From an uncultured Candidatus Saccharibacteria bacterium (GTDB lineage Bacteria; Patescibacteriota; Minisyncoccia; UBA6257; 2-01-FULL-56-20): 64,000 nt of DNA. Shown piece after piece: positions 37,328-47,155 of the stretch. The DNA lies in the NCBI GenBank assembly GCA_964360585.1, contig CAYHXC010000008.1, positions 8 to 64,007 on the forward strand, written 5' to 3'. The first letter of the stretch is position 1. Every line of letters begins with the position of its first letter. Made by a program: the position numbers and the translations under genes. The notes under the pieces were generated by a model. It was not told where the DNA came from, ran no database searches, and saw nothing but the letters and a program-made list of their open reading frames with translations.

Positions 37328-38683
37328 ATGTCGAAGAAGGTATTCACTGTAGACACAAGCCCGATCATCCACGATCCGCGGTCGCTCCGGAATTTTCAAG
37401 ACAATGTTGTAGTGATTCCGTATTGGGTGATCCAGGAGCTCGATGGCTTGAAGGAGGCAGAAAACGGACGGGGGTTCGCTGCTCGCGAGGCTATACGTTT
37501 TCTTCGCTCACTGGTGGGCCAGTATGGTTCATTGGAAAAGGGCGTGCCTCTTGAAGGGGGTGGGGAGTTATTTGTTAGTCGAGATATGGCTAACATTCGT
37601 AAAAAGATTAAGGGTCTTCCTGATACGATAGATAATCGTATCGTGGCTACCGCTTTGTTCTGGCATATAGCAGAGGAGAGAAGGCCAGCAAGAGAGCGTC
37701 GACCGGTCATTCTCGTCACGAAAGACGGGACAATGGCGATAACTGCTGATACCTGCGGCCTCAAGGTGCAGGACTACCTGACAGATCGGGGTATTCTTTC
37801 CGCTTCCGACTTGCCGACAGGACATATCGAGATTCCGTTTACGGGTGATCGGGGGACTCTTTCCAAGTTTTTCAAGGAGGGGAAGATTCCTGAATCGTTT
37901 ATCCATCCGATCATTGGCGACGATGTGCCGACTAACACCTGCATCTCGTTGACGTTCGAGGATGGCCGAGGCATTCACGGCATTTGGAAAGGTGACTACT
38001 TTTCTGTTGTTTCCCACAAAGCCAAATCGGCTGGGGGCCAACTCAATCTTCGCCAGGCATTTGCCGAAGCGCTGATATGTTCCCCAGAGATTTCCATTGT
38101 GGCTCTCGCTGGTCAAGCGGGCACGGGGAAGACTTTTTCTGCTTTGGTTGCTGGACTGAAACATCTGCAGAGTCAGTTTCAGCATATCACCGTATATCGA
38201 CCGAACATTCCCCTCGGCAAGGATCTGGGCTACCTGCCGGGTAATCTCGATGAGAAGTTTGCCCCTTGGATGAGGCCGATCGTCGACAATCTCGAGTCGA
38301 TTTTCGAAATTTTTCGCGCAGAGTCATGGTGTCGTCAGTTGCAGGATAAAGACCCTTATCAGTTGATCAGAGATAGCGTTGTCGAGGTTTCTCCGATCAA
38401 CTTCATTCGAGGAAGAAGCATTGCCCACAGTCTGGTTATTGTTGATGAGTGTCAGAATCTCACGCCTCATGAGGTGAAGACCATCATCAGTCGAGCGGCC
38501 GCCGGCACGAAGATTGTTCTAACTGGCGATCTGGGACAAATCGACAATCCTTTCCTTGATCCCTTAACCAATGGGCTCGCCCATGTAATCAAGAAGCTGC
38601 ATGGGATGGAAGATTTTGGCCACGTTCTTCTCACTGAGGGAGAGCGGTCAAAGTTGGCTGATCTAGCAGCGCGTTATCTCTAG
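37328..38683 (+). CDS. PIN-PhoH protein (YlaK-like)
   Basis: N-terminal PIN fold, Walker A GQAGTGKT, PhoH block VIVDECQNLT...LTGDLGQID. Confidence 0.85.
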   Translation: MSKKVFTVDTSPIIHDPRSLRNFQDNVVVIPYWVIQELDGLKEAENGRGFAAREAIRFLRSLVGQYGSLEKGVPLEGGGELFVSRDMANIRKKIKGLPDTIDNRIVATALFWHIAEERRPARERRPVILVTKDGTMAITADTCGLKVQDYLTDRGILSASDLPTGHIEIPFTGDRGTLSKFFKEGKIPESFIHPIIGDDVPTNTCISLTFEDGRGIHGIWKGDYFSVVSHKAKSAGGQLNLRQAFAEALICSPEISIVALAGQAGTGKTFSALVAGLKHLQSQFQHITVYRPNIPLGKDLGYLPGNLDEKFAPWMRPIVDNLESIFEIFRAESWCRQLQDKDPYQLIRDSVVEVSPINFIRGRSIAHSLVIVDECQNLTPHEVKTIISRAAAGTKIVLTGDLGQIDNPFLDPLTNGLAHVIKKLHGMEDFGHVLLTEGERSKLADLAARYL

Positions 38684-38710
38684 CCGAATCTTTCGATTCG
38701 GTTTTTTTAT
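38683..38710 (+). terminator. rho-independent terminator
   Basis: CCGAATCtttcGATTCGG + TTTTTTTATT. Confidence 0.7.
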
Positions 38711-38771
38711 TAGCACAGTAATACTCCAGGCGTAAGCCCGTGGAGAATCATTCCTCCCGTATGAGTTTCTA

Positions 38772-39242
38772 CTACAGTTCGTGATGTAGTCCGAAGAGTT
38801 TTTCTCCTGACGATTGCCAGCGTTCGTAAAGATGGCGGGCGCTCATGATATATACAGCCGCAGTGATGATAAAAGCAGAGTAACTAGGAGCGATAGACAT
38901 GCCGATATTTGTGCCGGCTAAACCGACGATCCCAAGATTCAGGCCGGAGGCGACGCTGATAAAGAAAGCGGCAGTATCGGCTGTTTCATTTTTGCCAAAT
39001 AATTTTTTGCCGTGTTCCATCCAGCGATAAAGGAGGTAGAGGGAAGCAAGGCCGGAAGTGATCCAGGTCAGTTTGAGAATAGTACCAATAAACCCAGAGA
39101 GAGCGGGGACTCGAATAAAAAACCGGAGAACTGGTGTGCCGCCAAGAAGAAGGGCCACTGCCGCAATCAAAAGCCGCACTTCTGACCAAAGAAAACTGTA
39201 TCGTTCGAGAGTATCCGGATGGGTGTGCTTACTTATATCCAT
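38772..39242 (-). CDS. membrane protein (156 aa)
   Basis: Four hydrophobic helices. Confidence 0.5.
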   Translation of the reverse strand: MDISKHTHPDTLERYSFLWSEVRLLIAAVALLLGGTPVLRFFIRVPALSGFIGTILKLTWITSGLASLYLLYRWMEHGKKLFGKNETADTAAFFISVASGLNLGIVGLAGTNIGMSIAPSYSAFIITAAVYIMSARHLYERWQSSGEKLFGLHHEL

Positions 39243-39273
39243 GGAAATAGTATAGCATTTTCAGAGGTCCTAT

Positions 39274-39699
39274 TTGACTATAGGAGGAAATTCTGGTATT
39301 TCTAGTTCTAGAAACTCGAAGGGAGATTTTCAAATGGTGCACGTTGTTGGTTTGGTTTCACTGCTTCTTCTCATTTCGCTTACACCCCAGAAGATGGAAG
39401 AGCCGAGGTTCGATGACCCAAAGATTCAGGCGACCGCCACGCTCATCAATCTCACACTCCTCAATCACTATCGGCGCACGGGGGATATGATCGAGTGCGA
39501 TGGGTCGATTCGCTGTGAATGTCTGATGCGGGTCAGGTTCGAAAAGGGTTTGATTGTTCAGATCAATAAAATATCCGACAGCGCGTTGGTCAGTCAGTGG
39601 CGCATCATGATATACAATCCGGCCGCCAAGAAGGCCGGAGTGTATTTCTTCAATCACTTCAAAATAGATCCTCGCAGTCTCAAGCCTGGCGGTTTATAA
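39274..39699 (+). CDS. hypothetical exported protein
   Basis: Internal hydrophobic N-terminus MVHVVGLVSLLLLISL; followed by a terminator at ~39683-39715. Confidence 0.4.
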   Translation: MTIGGNSGISSSRNSKGDFQMVHVVGLVSLLLLISLTPQKMEEPRFDDPKIQATATLINLTLLNHYRRTGDMIECDGSIRCECLMRVRFEKGLIVQINKISDSALVSQWRIMIYNPAAKKAGVYFFNHFKIDPRSLKPGGL

Positions 39700-40027
39700 C
39701 CGCTAGGCTTTTTTATATGCAAAAGTCCCCTGTCAAAACCATGAGCGTCAGCCCGTGGATACGGGGCATATCCGCCTGTCATTGCGATCCGTCATCCGCC
39801 AACTGGCTGGAGGCGGAGAAGCAATCTCGATTGCCACGTTCCGTTTCGTCAGAGTTTTCAGCGAGACGGGTTGCTTCCCCTCCCTCCCCATGACATGGGG
39901 ACGAGGGCAGCTTGATCTCCAGTGATGCTACGGACGGAAACCGGGAAAGAATCACTGTATCAAAGAAAGATGCGGGTATTGTATAATAGTACGCATACCA
40001 AACAGAACTATATTTTTCGTCATCGGC

Positions 40028-40426
40028 GTGGTCGTTCTTGGATTAGTACTTTGGGTGCTCAATATAAATCAAAATTCGATCACGCCAACCCCGATGGGAA
40101 GCACTGGAGAAAGTTCAACCACACCACTTCCTTCCGATCAACCAGAAATGAATGGAGGAGCATCTTCATCATCAATGGGCGGCACAACCAAAGTCTACAC
40201 GTTGACTGATGTCACAATGCATAAAGATGCAACGAGTTGTTGGAGCGCGGTGAACGGCAGCGTCTATGATCTCACCAACTGGATCTCGAAACATCCAGGC
40301 GGCGAACAGGCCATTATCAGTCTCTGCGGTAAAGACGGTTCAGCTATCTTTAACGGCAAGCACGGCGACATGCAAAAACAAGCTGATATTTTAGCCACCT
40401 TCAAGATCGGCACACTCGCTAACTAG
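40028..40426 (+). CDS. cytochrome b5-like heme-binding domain protein, membrane-anchored
   Basis: HPGG motif (WISKHPGGEQAI) after an N-terminal TM helix. Confidence 0.65.
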   Translation: MVVLGLVLWVLNINQNSITPTPMGSTGESSTTPLPSDQPEMNGGASSSSMGGTTKVYTLTDVTMHKDATSCWSAVNGSVYDLTNWISKHPGGEQAIISLCGKDGSAIFNGKHGDMQKQADILATFKIGTLAN

Positions 40427-40427
40427 C

Positions 40428-40826
40428 ATGGATCAAAAACTTTCGCCATACGCGCCGATCCTTCTCCGCTTCACGCTTGTCCTGGTCTATGCCTATTTCG
40501 GCATTTCTCAATTGACAAATCCAGAAGCATGGACCAGTCTCGTGCCCTCATGGGCTTCGGAATTGACCGGATTAAGTCCCACACTTTTGGTGTATAGCAA
40601 TGCCAGCTTCGAAGTCGTCGCCAGCCTTCTTCTCCTTCTTGGAATCTTTGTTCGCCCCGTGGCTCTTCTTCTTTTCGCTCACTTGATTGTGATCGCCTCT
40701 GGTTTTGGTCTTAGTCCCACTGGTGTTCGCGATTTTGGTTTGAGCTTCTCGACACTTGCCCTCGCCTTTTTCGGACAAGACAAATGGTGTCTCTACCCTA
40801 AAAACACAAATGCCTCTCGGGTCTAG
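40428..40826 (+). CDS. DoxX-like membrane protein
   Basis: 132 aa, four helices, DoxX-like N-terminus. Confidence 0.5.
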   Translation: MDQKLSPYAPILLRFTLVLVYAYFGISQLTNPEAWTSLVPSWASELTGLSPTLLVYSNASFEVVASLLLLLGIFVRPVALLLFAHLIVIASGFGLSPTGVRDFGLSFSTLALAFFGQDKWCLYPKNTNASRV

Positions 40827-41376
40827 CAAGCAGATTGTTGTCGCTGTTTGTATTATTCTCCTTGTTGCTGGAATTCTTTTCGCTATGGGCCGCACGCCTT
40901 GGTACAAGTACGGAGGTCCAGGCTTATGGTCCGGTGACACAACAAGCGATCAAAACTCACAACAGCTATTTGATCCCTACACGTTCACGCACATAATTCA
41001 TGGTATTGGTTTTTATTTTTTACTCTGGTTTTTCTTCCGCGAAAAACTCTCCCCCGGCGCGCGCTTCTTAATCGCTCTCGGGATTGAGGGCAGCTGGGAG
41101 ATTGTTGAAAACACCGACTTCGTCATCAACCGCTACCGCGAAGCCACCATCTCACTCGACTACTATGGTGACAGCATCCTGAATACAATCGGCGATATGT
41201 TGGCCTGTGTAGTTGGTTATTTTCTGGCCGCTCGTTTCTCAATCTGGGCAACGATCTCTTGCGTTCTTATTCTGGAACTTGCGCTTCTCTTTTGGATTAG
41301 AGACAATCTCATCCTCAACATTATCATGCTTATCTATCCCTTTCCGGGCATCAAAGTCTGGCAAGGCGGCGGATAA
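40756..41376 (+). CDS. polytopic membrane protein (start uncertain)
   Basis: 206-aa hydrophobic ORF overlapping previous gene by ~70 nt. Confidence 0.4.
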   Translation: MPSPFSDKTNGVSTLKTQMPLGSSKQIVVAVCIILLVAGILFAMGRTPWYKYGGPGLWSGDTTSDQNSQQLFDPYTFTHIIHGIGFYFLLWFFFREKLSPGARFLIALGIEGSWEIVENTDFVINRYREATISLDYYGDSILNTIGDMLACVVGYFLAARFSIWATISCVLILELALLFWIRDNLILNIIMLIYPFPGIKVWQGGG

Positions 41377-41394
41377 GGAGTATAATCACCTCCT

Positions 41395-41976
41395 GTGGAA
41401 ATCAAACGACCAGAACCAAAACAGCCCACTCCGCCACACGCCAAAAAAATTTTCGAAGGCATCATTTTTGACATCTACCAGTGGGAACAGGAAATGTACG
41501 ATGGCACCACTGCCACATTTGAACGACTGAAACGCCCAGATACTGTTGGTGTTATTCCCGTTCTCCCCGATGGAAAGATTGTGATCGCCGAAGAAGAACA
41601 ACCGGGTAAAAAAACTGCCACCACACTTCTCGGAGGAAGAGTGGAAGAAATCGAAGATCCTCTTGAAGCCGTTAAACGAGAGTTGTTGGAAGAATCTGGA
41701 TACGAAGGAGACTCATGGAATTTACTCCTGGCCATCCAGCCAGTTATTAAAATGGACTGGGCAATTTATACCTTCGTGGCTCGCGGCTGTCATAAAACGA
41801 GGGAGCAACATCTAGATAGTGGAGAAAAAATTAAACTCAAGACAGTATCCTTCGAAGAATTTACCGATCTCATTTCCAACGGGACAATCAATGACCCCGA
41901 TCTCAGAATAAAATTCCTCGAGGCCAAACTTGATCCGCAAAAAATGGCGGAACTGAAAAAAATAATATTAGATTAA
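41395..41976 (+). CDS. NUDIX hydrolase
   Basis: Nudix box GGRVEEIEDPLEAVKRELLEESG. Confidence 0.8.
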   Translation: MEIKRPEPKQPTPPHAKKIFEGIIFDIYQWEQEMYDGTTATFERLKRPDTVGVIPVLPDGKIVIAEEEQPGKKTATTLLGGRVEEIEDPLEAVKRELLEESGYEGDSWNLLLAIQPVIKMDWAIYTFVARGCHKTREQHLDSGEKIKLKTVSFEEFTDLISNGTINDPDLRIKFLEAKLDPQKMAELKKIILD

Positions 41977-41977
41977 A

Positions 41978-42008
41978 AAACGCAAGGATTTTCTCCTTGC
42001 GTTTGAGT
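41978..42008. terminator. bidirectional terminator
   Basis: aaaaaACGCAAGGAttttcTCCTTGCGTtt. Confidence 0.6.
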
Positions 42009-42011
42009 CCG

Positions 42012-42194
42012 TCAGTCAATTTCTTCGCCGGAGGCAATGCCTCCGAACGTCGAAACTCGTGCCAGGACTGGCAGGAGGACGATGAGGGCAAGAATATTCA
42101 GAGGGGTCATTGCCACCTCTACCACCCTATCCCACATCCCTTTTTCCCTCGGTTCCCACTTAGGGATCTTCTTTATCGCTGCAACCTTTGCCAT
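42012..42194 (-). CDS. small protein (60 aa) with hydrophobic C-terminal half
   Basis: ATG 5 nt after AAAGGAGGT; terminator immediately downstream. Confidence 0.4.
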   Translation of the reverse strand: MAKVAAIKKIPKWEPREKGMWDRVVEVAMTPLNILALIVLLPVLARVSTFGGIASGEEID

Positions 42195-42377
42195 GGGGCA
42201 CCTCCTTTTATTATCGTGGCATTCTAAATGCATTAGACTGCTACAACATAACTTTGTCAATAGCTCTTCCGCACAGCCCTAGGAAGCGTGTTTGGCCTTA
42301 TTTAAATCGTTCAGAACCACCCGTATCCGTTCAACACTTTTATCCTCTAAAACTGATCCTTGGCAGTAAGAACTTTT

Positions 42378-42417
42378 AAAAACTCTTCTTTCTCACGATC
42401 GTGAGAAAGAAGAGTTT
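42378..42417. terminator. perfect 40-bp palindrome (20-bp arms, no loop) flanked by T/A runs
   Basis: aaaactcttctttctcacga|tcgtgagaaagaagagtttt. Confidence 0.55.
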
Positions 42418-42456
42418 TTCTTTTAGACATATCTTTTCACTTTCGCCCACGAGAGG

Positions 42457-43422
42457 CTACACGGCGTGTTTTGCCTTATTCAGATCGTTTAAGACAACGC
42501 GAACCCGCTCCACACTCTTATCCTCCAAAATTGTGATCGCCTGGACTGGTCGATCAAGTTTGGCAAATTTTTTCATAATGCCCTCGAGCTGACTTTCCAT
42601 CACCGTATCCGCTCGACTGATAAAAATATACTCCGGCTTATGAAGAAGTTCTTCGTTATATGTTCCCAGCTCTTTTCTGATCGTTTCGTAATCTTTCAGG
42701 TGATCAAATGAATCGGCGGCAATAAAATGAAACAAGACATTGGTGCGTTCCACATGCCGCAAAAATTTTGTGCCTAATCCTTTTCCTTCCGAAGCGCCTT
42801 CAATTAATCCAGGAATATCCGCCAGAATCAGATCTTCGTAGACACCGAGGTTCGGCTCGAGCGTGGTGAAGGGATAGTTCGCCACACGCGCCTGTGATCG
42901 CGTGAGGACGTTTAACAAACTCGACTTCCCCACATTCGGCAAACCCACAAAACCGATATCAGCGATCAGTTTCAACTCCAGTCTGATCTCAAATTTCTCG
43001 CCCGGAGTGCCGAATTCAAACTCTTTGGGCGAGGTATTAATAGAAGACCGAAAATGAAAGTTGCCGCGCCCGCCTTTCCCGCCTCTTGCGAGAAGGATCA
43101 CTTCTCCAACTTTATTAATCTCTTTTAGACCGTGTGGAAAATGGATCACGGTGCCCACCGGTAGTTTTAAAATAAGTTCCTCGCCGCGCCGACCATCCAC
43201 AAACTGACCGCGCCCGTCTTTACCGCTTTTCGCCTTCACGTCTTTCGAAAATCGAAACTGACGTAAAGCGGCCAGATCGGACACTCCCTGGCCATAGATA
43301 CTGGCGCCATTGCCACCGCTCCCGCCGGCCGGTCCTAAGCTCATCAAGTTTTTATTGAACGCCACCGCGCCTTTTCCGCCATGACCGGCAGAAACGCGGA
43401 TAGTAATATCGTCAACCAACAT
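42457..43422 (-). CDS. obg: GTPase Obg (short form without C-terminal domain)
   Basis: Gly-rich Obg fold GGKGGRGN, then the G domain GLPNVGKSSLL, DIPGLIEGA. Confidence 0.85.
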   Translation of the reverse strand: MLVDDITIRVSAGHGGKGAVAFNKNLMSLGPAGGSGGNGASIYGQGVSDLAALRQFRFSKDVKAKSGKDGRGQFVDGRRGEELILKLPVGTVIHFPHGLKEINKVGEVILLARGGKGGRGNFHFRSSINTSPKEFEFGTPGEKFEIRLELKLIADIGFVGLPNVGKSSLLNVLTRSQARVANYPFTTLEPNLGVYEDLILADIPGLIEGASEGKGLGTKFLRHVERTNVLFHFIAADSFDHLKDYETIRKELGTYNEELLHKPEYIFISRADTVMESQLEGIMKKFAKLDRPVQAITILEDKSVERVRVVLNDLNKAKHAV

Positions 43423-43492
43423 ACCACCATTATACGCTAAGAGATGACAAATGAAGACTCGTGAAGAGTTTTAACGAAAAATTTAAAATTCC

Positions 43493-43738
43493 TTAGTGGC
43501 TGCCTTGCTGTTCGGAAACAGACTCTTCTTCCAAGAAATCCGTCACTCGGGCGAGCTCGCCGCAATGATGGACTTTGTTTAGATTCGGAAGCTTGGCTTC
43601 GGAGAAACTAGAATCGCAGTTCTTACAGTAATACTTCGTGGTCATTGGCGGAAAATCAGGATTTTTAATTGAAACCTCTATTATGTTTCCACTTAGTATA
43701 TTTATATAGTAAGCTAAAGGCAAACAAATTATCCACAT
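43493..43738 (-). CDS. small Cys-containing protein (81 aa)
   Basis: CKNCD...HHCGE; weak. Confidence 0.3.
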   Translation of the reverse strand: MWIICLPLAYYINILSGNIIEVSIKNPDFPPMTTKYYCKNCDSSFSEAKLPNLNKVHHCGELARVTDFLEEESVSEQQGSH

Positions 43739-44089
43739 ATGCTCGGACGATTATTCAAAAGTTTTCAGTATGCCGCGCGAGGACTTCGCTATGTTTTCCG
43801 AGAAGAAGAAAACTTCTACCTTCAGGTCTACGCCGCCGGATTGGTTATTGCAGCCGGCTGGATTTTGGACATTACGAGGACAGATTGGCTTTTTCTTATT
43901 TTCGCCATCGTTCTTGTCCTCGGTTCGGAAATTTTAAATACTATTCTCGAAGATGTCGCAAATGAACTTCAGCCCAATCATCATCCCCTCGTTGGGAAAG
44001 CGAAAGACATGATGGCCGCCTTCGTTTTACTCTCGGCCATGGCGGCATTTCTGATCGGCTGTTTCATCTTCCTTCCGCTCATTTTTTAA
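43739..44089 (+). CDS. dgkA: diacylglycerol kinase family protein (DgkA/UDPK-like)
   Basis: 116 aa, three helices, NTILEDVAN... Confidence 0.65.
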   Translation: MLGRLFKSFQYAARGLRYVFREEENFYLQVYAAGLVIAAGWILDITRTDWLFLIFAIVLVLGSEILNTILEDVANELQPNHHPLVGKAKDMMAAFVLLSAMAAFLIGCFIFLPLIF

Positions 44090-44105
44090 GGTAGTATCAT
44101 ACTCA

Positions 44106-45677
44106 ATGAAACGAAGAATGAATCATCTTTTGAACTTGATTCGCAACGCCTCGCGACGCCAGATTGTTCTTTCTGGTGGCATCCTGATCATCGTCCTCGT
44201 CTACTTCTTTTTCTTCACCGGATCGGAACCAAAAAGAACTCTCGTTCAAGTGGAGCGCGGCACGGTGACACAGGAACTCAAAGTAACGGGTGTTACAAAA
44301 CCACTCGAAAGCGTAACCCTCGCCTTCGAAGAAAGCGGGAAAATAACTGGCGTCACTGTGGCCGTCGGGAGCCGAGTTGGCGCCGGCCAGACGCTAGCTT
44401 ATTTAAATCAGGGACAGTTACTGGCCCAGTTGGCCCAACAACAAGCGGCGGTGCAAAGCGAAGAGGCGAAATTGGAGGAGATGCAAAAGGGTTCGCGCCC
44501 GGAAGAAGTCAGCATCAAACAAGCGGCTCTTAACAAAGCCAACCAAGATCTCACGAATGAATATCAGAGTGTCGCGAATGTCTTGAATGACGCCTATATT
44601 AAAGCGGACAACGCGATACGCAATGATCTCGACAATCTCTTTACGAATGACGAAGCAATCAACGTCAAATTAAGTTTTGTATCGAACAACTCCCAGCTCA
44701 CAAGTAATTTGGAGAATGATCGCCATACCGCTTCAGGATATTTAAATATCTGGAAAAAAGAACTGGAAAACATGTCTAACGATCAGGCAACCGTGGATAC
44801 TGCTCTCTTAAAATCAACAACCTATCTTTCTTTTTTTAGAACATTCATTGCCGATCTTTCAACAGCGTTAGACGCGGCGCCAAACTTGGTAGCTGCAACG
44901 ATCGCTAGTTATAAAAGCAGTGTGGCAACCGCGAGAACTGATGCCAATACCGCCCTGACGAATGTGAACGGCGCCGCGCAAGATATCGCTGCCCAAAAAC
45001 TGGTGGTGAAACAAAGCGAAGCTGACTTGAATCAAGTTCTGGCCGGCAATACGCCGGAGAGCATCAAGTCGCAGACGGCCAAGCTAAAGGAAGCTGAAGC
45101 GCGCGTTCAAGGAACCCAAGCGCAAATTGAAAAAATAATTCTCCGCGCCCCCTTTAGCGGCGTCGTCACAAAGCAAGACGCCAAAGTTGGCGAGATCGCC
45201 TCACCGAACACCCCGGTCATCTCCTTGATCTCCGAAGGCAAACTGGAAATCGAAGCCAACATCTCCGAAGTGGATGTTGGAAAAGTGGCTGTTGGCAATC
45301 CGACAAGCATTACCATTGACGCCTTCCCCGGCGAAACATTTACCGGCAAAGTTAGCTATGTTGATCCAGCCGAAACCGTCGTTGACGGCGTCACCAACTT
45401 CAAAACAAAAATTGTCTTCGATACAAAAGATACCCGCCTGAAGAGCGGCCTCACTGTAAACCTCACTATCGAAACGCTCAAGAAAGAAGGGGTCTTAACC
45501 CTGCCGCAGTTCACGCTGATCGAGAAAGATGGAAAAACATACGTTGAAAAAACGATTGGCGAAACAATCACCTCGACCTTGGTGACAATCGGCATCCGCG
45601 GTCAAGGCGGCGTAGTGGAAATCCTTTCCGGCGTGAGCGAAGGAGAAAGTGTCTTGGGTGAAACGGAAACGCCGTAA
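44106..45677 (+). CDS. HlyD-family periplasmic adaptor / membrane fusion protein
   Basis: N-terminal TM, long coiled-coil, beta-barrel/lipoyl-like C-terminus. Confidence 0.65.
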   Translation: MKRRMNHLLNLIRNASRRQIVLSGGILIIVLVYFFFFTGSEPKRTLVQVERGTVTQELKVTGVTKPLESVTLAFEESGKITGVTVAVGSRVGAGQTLAYLNQGQLLAQLAQQQAAVQSEEAKLEEMQKGSRPEEVSIKQAALNKANQDLTNEYQSVANVLNDAYIKADNAIRNDLDNLFTNDEAINVKLSFVSNNSQLTSNLENDRHTASGYLNIWKKELENMSNDQATVDTALLKSTTYLSFFRTFIADLSTALDAAPNLVAATIASYKSSVATARTDANTALTNVNGAAQDIAAQKLVVKQSEADLNQVLAGNTPESIKSQTAKLKEAEARVQGTQAQIEKIILRAPFSGVVTKQDAKVGEIASPNTPVISLISEGKLEIEANISEVDVGKVAVGNPTSITIDAFPGETFTGKVSYVDPAETVVDGVTNFKTKIVFDTKDTRLKSGLTVNLTIETLKKEGVLTLPQFTLIEKDGKTYVEKTIGETITSTLVTIGIRGQGGVVEILSGVSEGESVLGETETP

Positions 45678-45726
45678 TCAACTCCGTCATTTGTGAAGGC
45701 CTCCCCGGGTCTGCTAGAATACCTCC

Positions 45727-47154
45727 ATGTCACAGCGGTCTGATTCGTTGCCCACCATCTTCGTCATCTTTGGCGCCACTGGCGACTTGGCGAGTAAAAA
45801 AATTCTCCCCGCCCTCTACCGTCTCCACGCCAAGAAACTTCTCCCTCCCCTTTTTCAGATCGTCGCTTTTTCACGGCAACAGCTCACTCCGGACGATTTT
45901 CGAAAAAAAGTTCGCGAGCTTCCGGCATTTAAAAATCATCGCCACAGCTCCAGTCTCACTTCCTTTTTAAAACTCATTACCTACACCCAGGGAGTGTTCG
46001 GGGAAAAGAAGGGGTATGAAAATCTGGCGACGCTCTTGGGCGCCAAAGATCAAGCCTGGCGAACCTGCGCCAATAAACTGTTTTACCTCTCCACCTCGCC
46101 GGAACACTACGTTACGATCTTTAACCACTTAAAGAGTTTCGGCCTTACCATCCCGTGCAGTCCCGAAGAGGGCTGGACACGAGTCGTCGTTGAAAAACCG
46201 TTTGGTAAAGACACCAAGACGGCCGAAGCACTCGATCTTTTGATGGGCAAACTGTTCAAGGAAGAACAGATCTATCGTATCGACCACTATCTCGGCAAAG
46301 AAACCGTCCAGAATATTCTGGCTTTTCGTTTTTCAAACTCAATTTTCGAGCCCGCTTGGAATCATAATCACATCGAAGCCATCTCGGTTCGCGTTCTTGA
46401 AAAAGACGGCATCGGTTCGCGCGGTGAGTTCTATGACGCCACGGGCGCCCTCCGCGACTTCGGACAAAACCATCTTCTCCAACTGCTGGCGCTCTTTACC
46501 ATGGATAATCCCGGCACGCTTGATGCCAAAAAGATTCACCGGAAACGCGCGGAAATTATCCAGGCCCTTCAGCCGTTTACTTTAAAAGACGTGGCCCAAC
46601 ACTCGGTTCGCGGCCAGTACGCAGGATACAAAAAACAATCGACCATTTCTCCCCGCTCGCTCACCGAAACCTACTTCCGCCTCCAGGCAAACCTCACTAC
46701 GCCGCGCTGGAAAGGCGTCCGCGTTTATTTGGAAAGCGGTAAAAAAATGTTCCAGTCGCTCGCGACCGTCACCGTCACCTTCAAATCCCCCACACCCTGC
46801 CTCTGTCCGGCGATCGGCGAAACTACTCATTACCAAAATGTCTTGAAGTACCACATCCAGCCGGACGAAAAAATAAAAATCTCTTTCTGGGTCAAAAAAC
46901 CGGGAACGGAAATGTTGGTTGAGGAACGCGATTTTGAATTTGATTACAAACGCGCCTATCCCGGCGCCGGTTTTCTCGATCCGTACGACAAGCTCCTCCA
47001 GGATGTAATCGAGGGGAACCAAACACTGTTTGTTTCGACCGAGGAGATCAAGGCCAGCTGGCAGTTTATTGATCCGATTGTTCGCGGCTGGAAACGGAAT
47101 GCCACACCACTCATCATCTACAAACCGGGTCAGAAGGAAATGAATCTGTATTAA
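45727..47154 (+). CDS. zwf: glucose-6-phosphate 1-dehydrogenase
   Basis: IFVIFGATGDLASKKILPALY, RIDHYLGKE. Confidence 0.9.
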   Translation: MSQRSDSLPTIFVIFGATGDLASKKILPALYRLHAKKLLPPLFQIVAFSRQQLTPDDFRKKVRELPAFKNHRHSSSLTSFLKLITYTQGVFGEKKGYENLATLLGAKDQAWRTCANKLFYLSTSPEHYVTIFNHLKSFGLTIPCSPEEGWTRVVVEKPFGKDTKTAEALDLLMGKLFKEEQIYRIDHYLGKETVQNILAFRFSNSIFEPAWNHNHIEAISVRVLEKDGIGSRGEFYDATGALRDFGQNHLLQLLALFTMDNPGTLDAKKIHRKRAEIIQALQPFTLKDVAQHSVRGQYAGYKKQSTISPRSLTETYFRLQANLTTPRWKGVRVYLESGKKMFQSLATVTVTFKSPTPCLCPAIGETTHYQNVLKYHIQPDEKIKISFWVKKPGTEMLVEERDFEFDYKRAYPGAGFLDPYDKLLQDVIEGNQTLFVSTEEIKASWQFIDPIVRGWKRNATPLIIYKPGQKEMNLY

Positions 47155-47155
47155 A

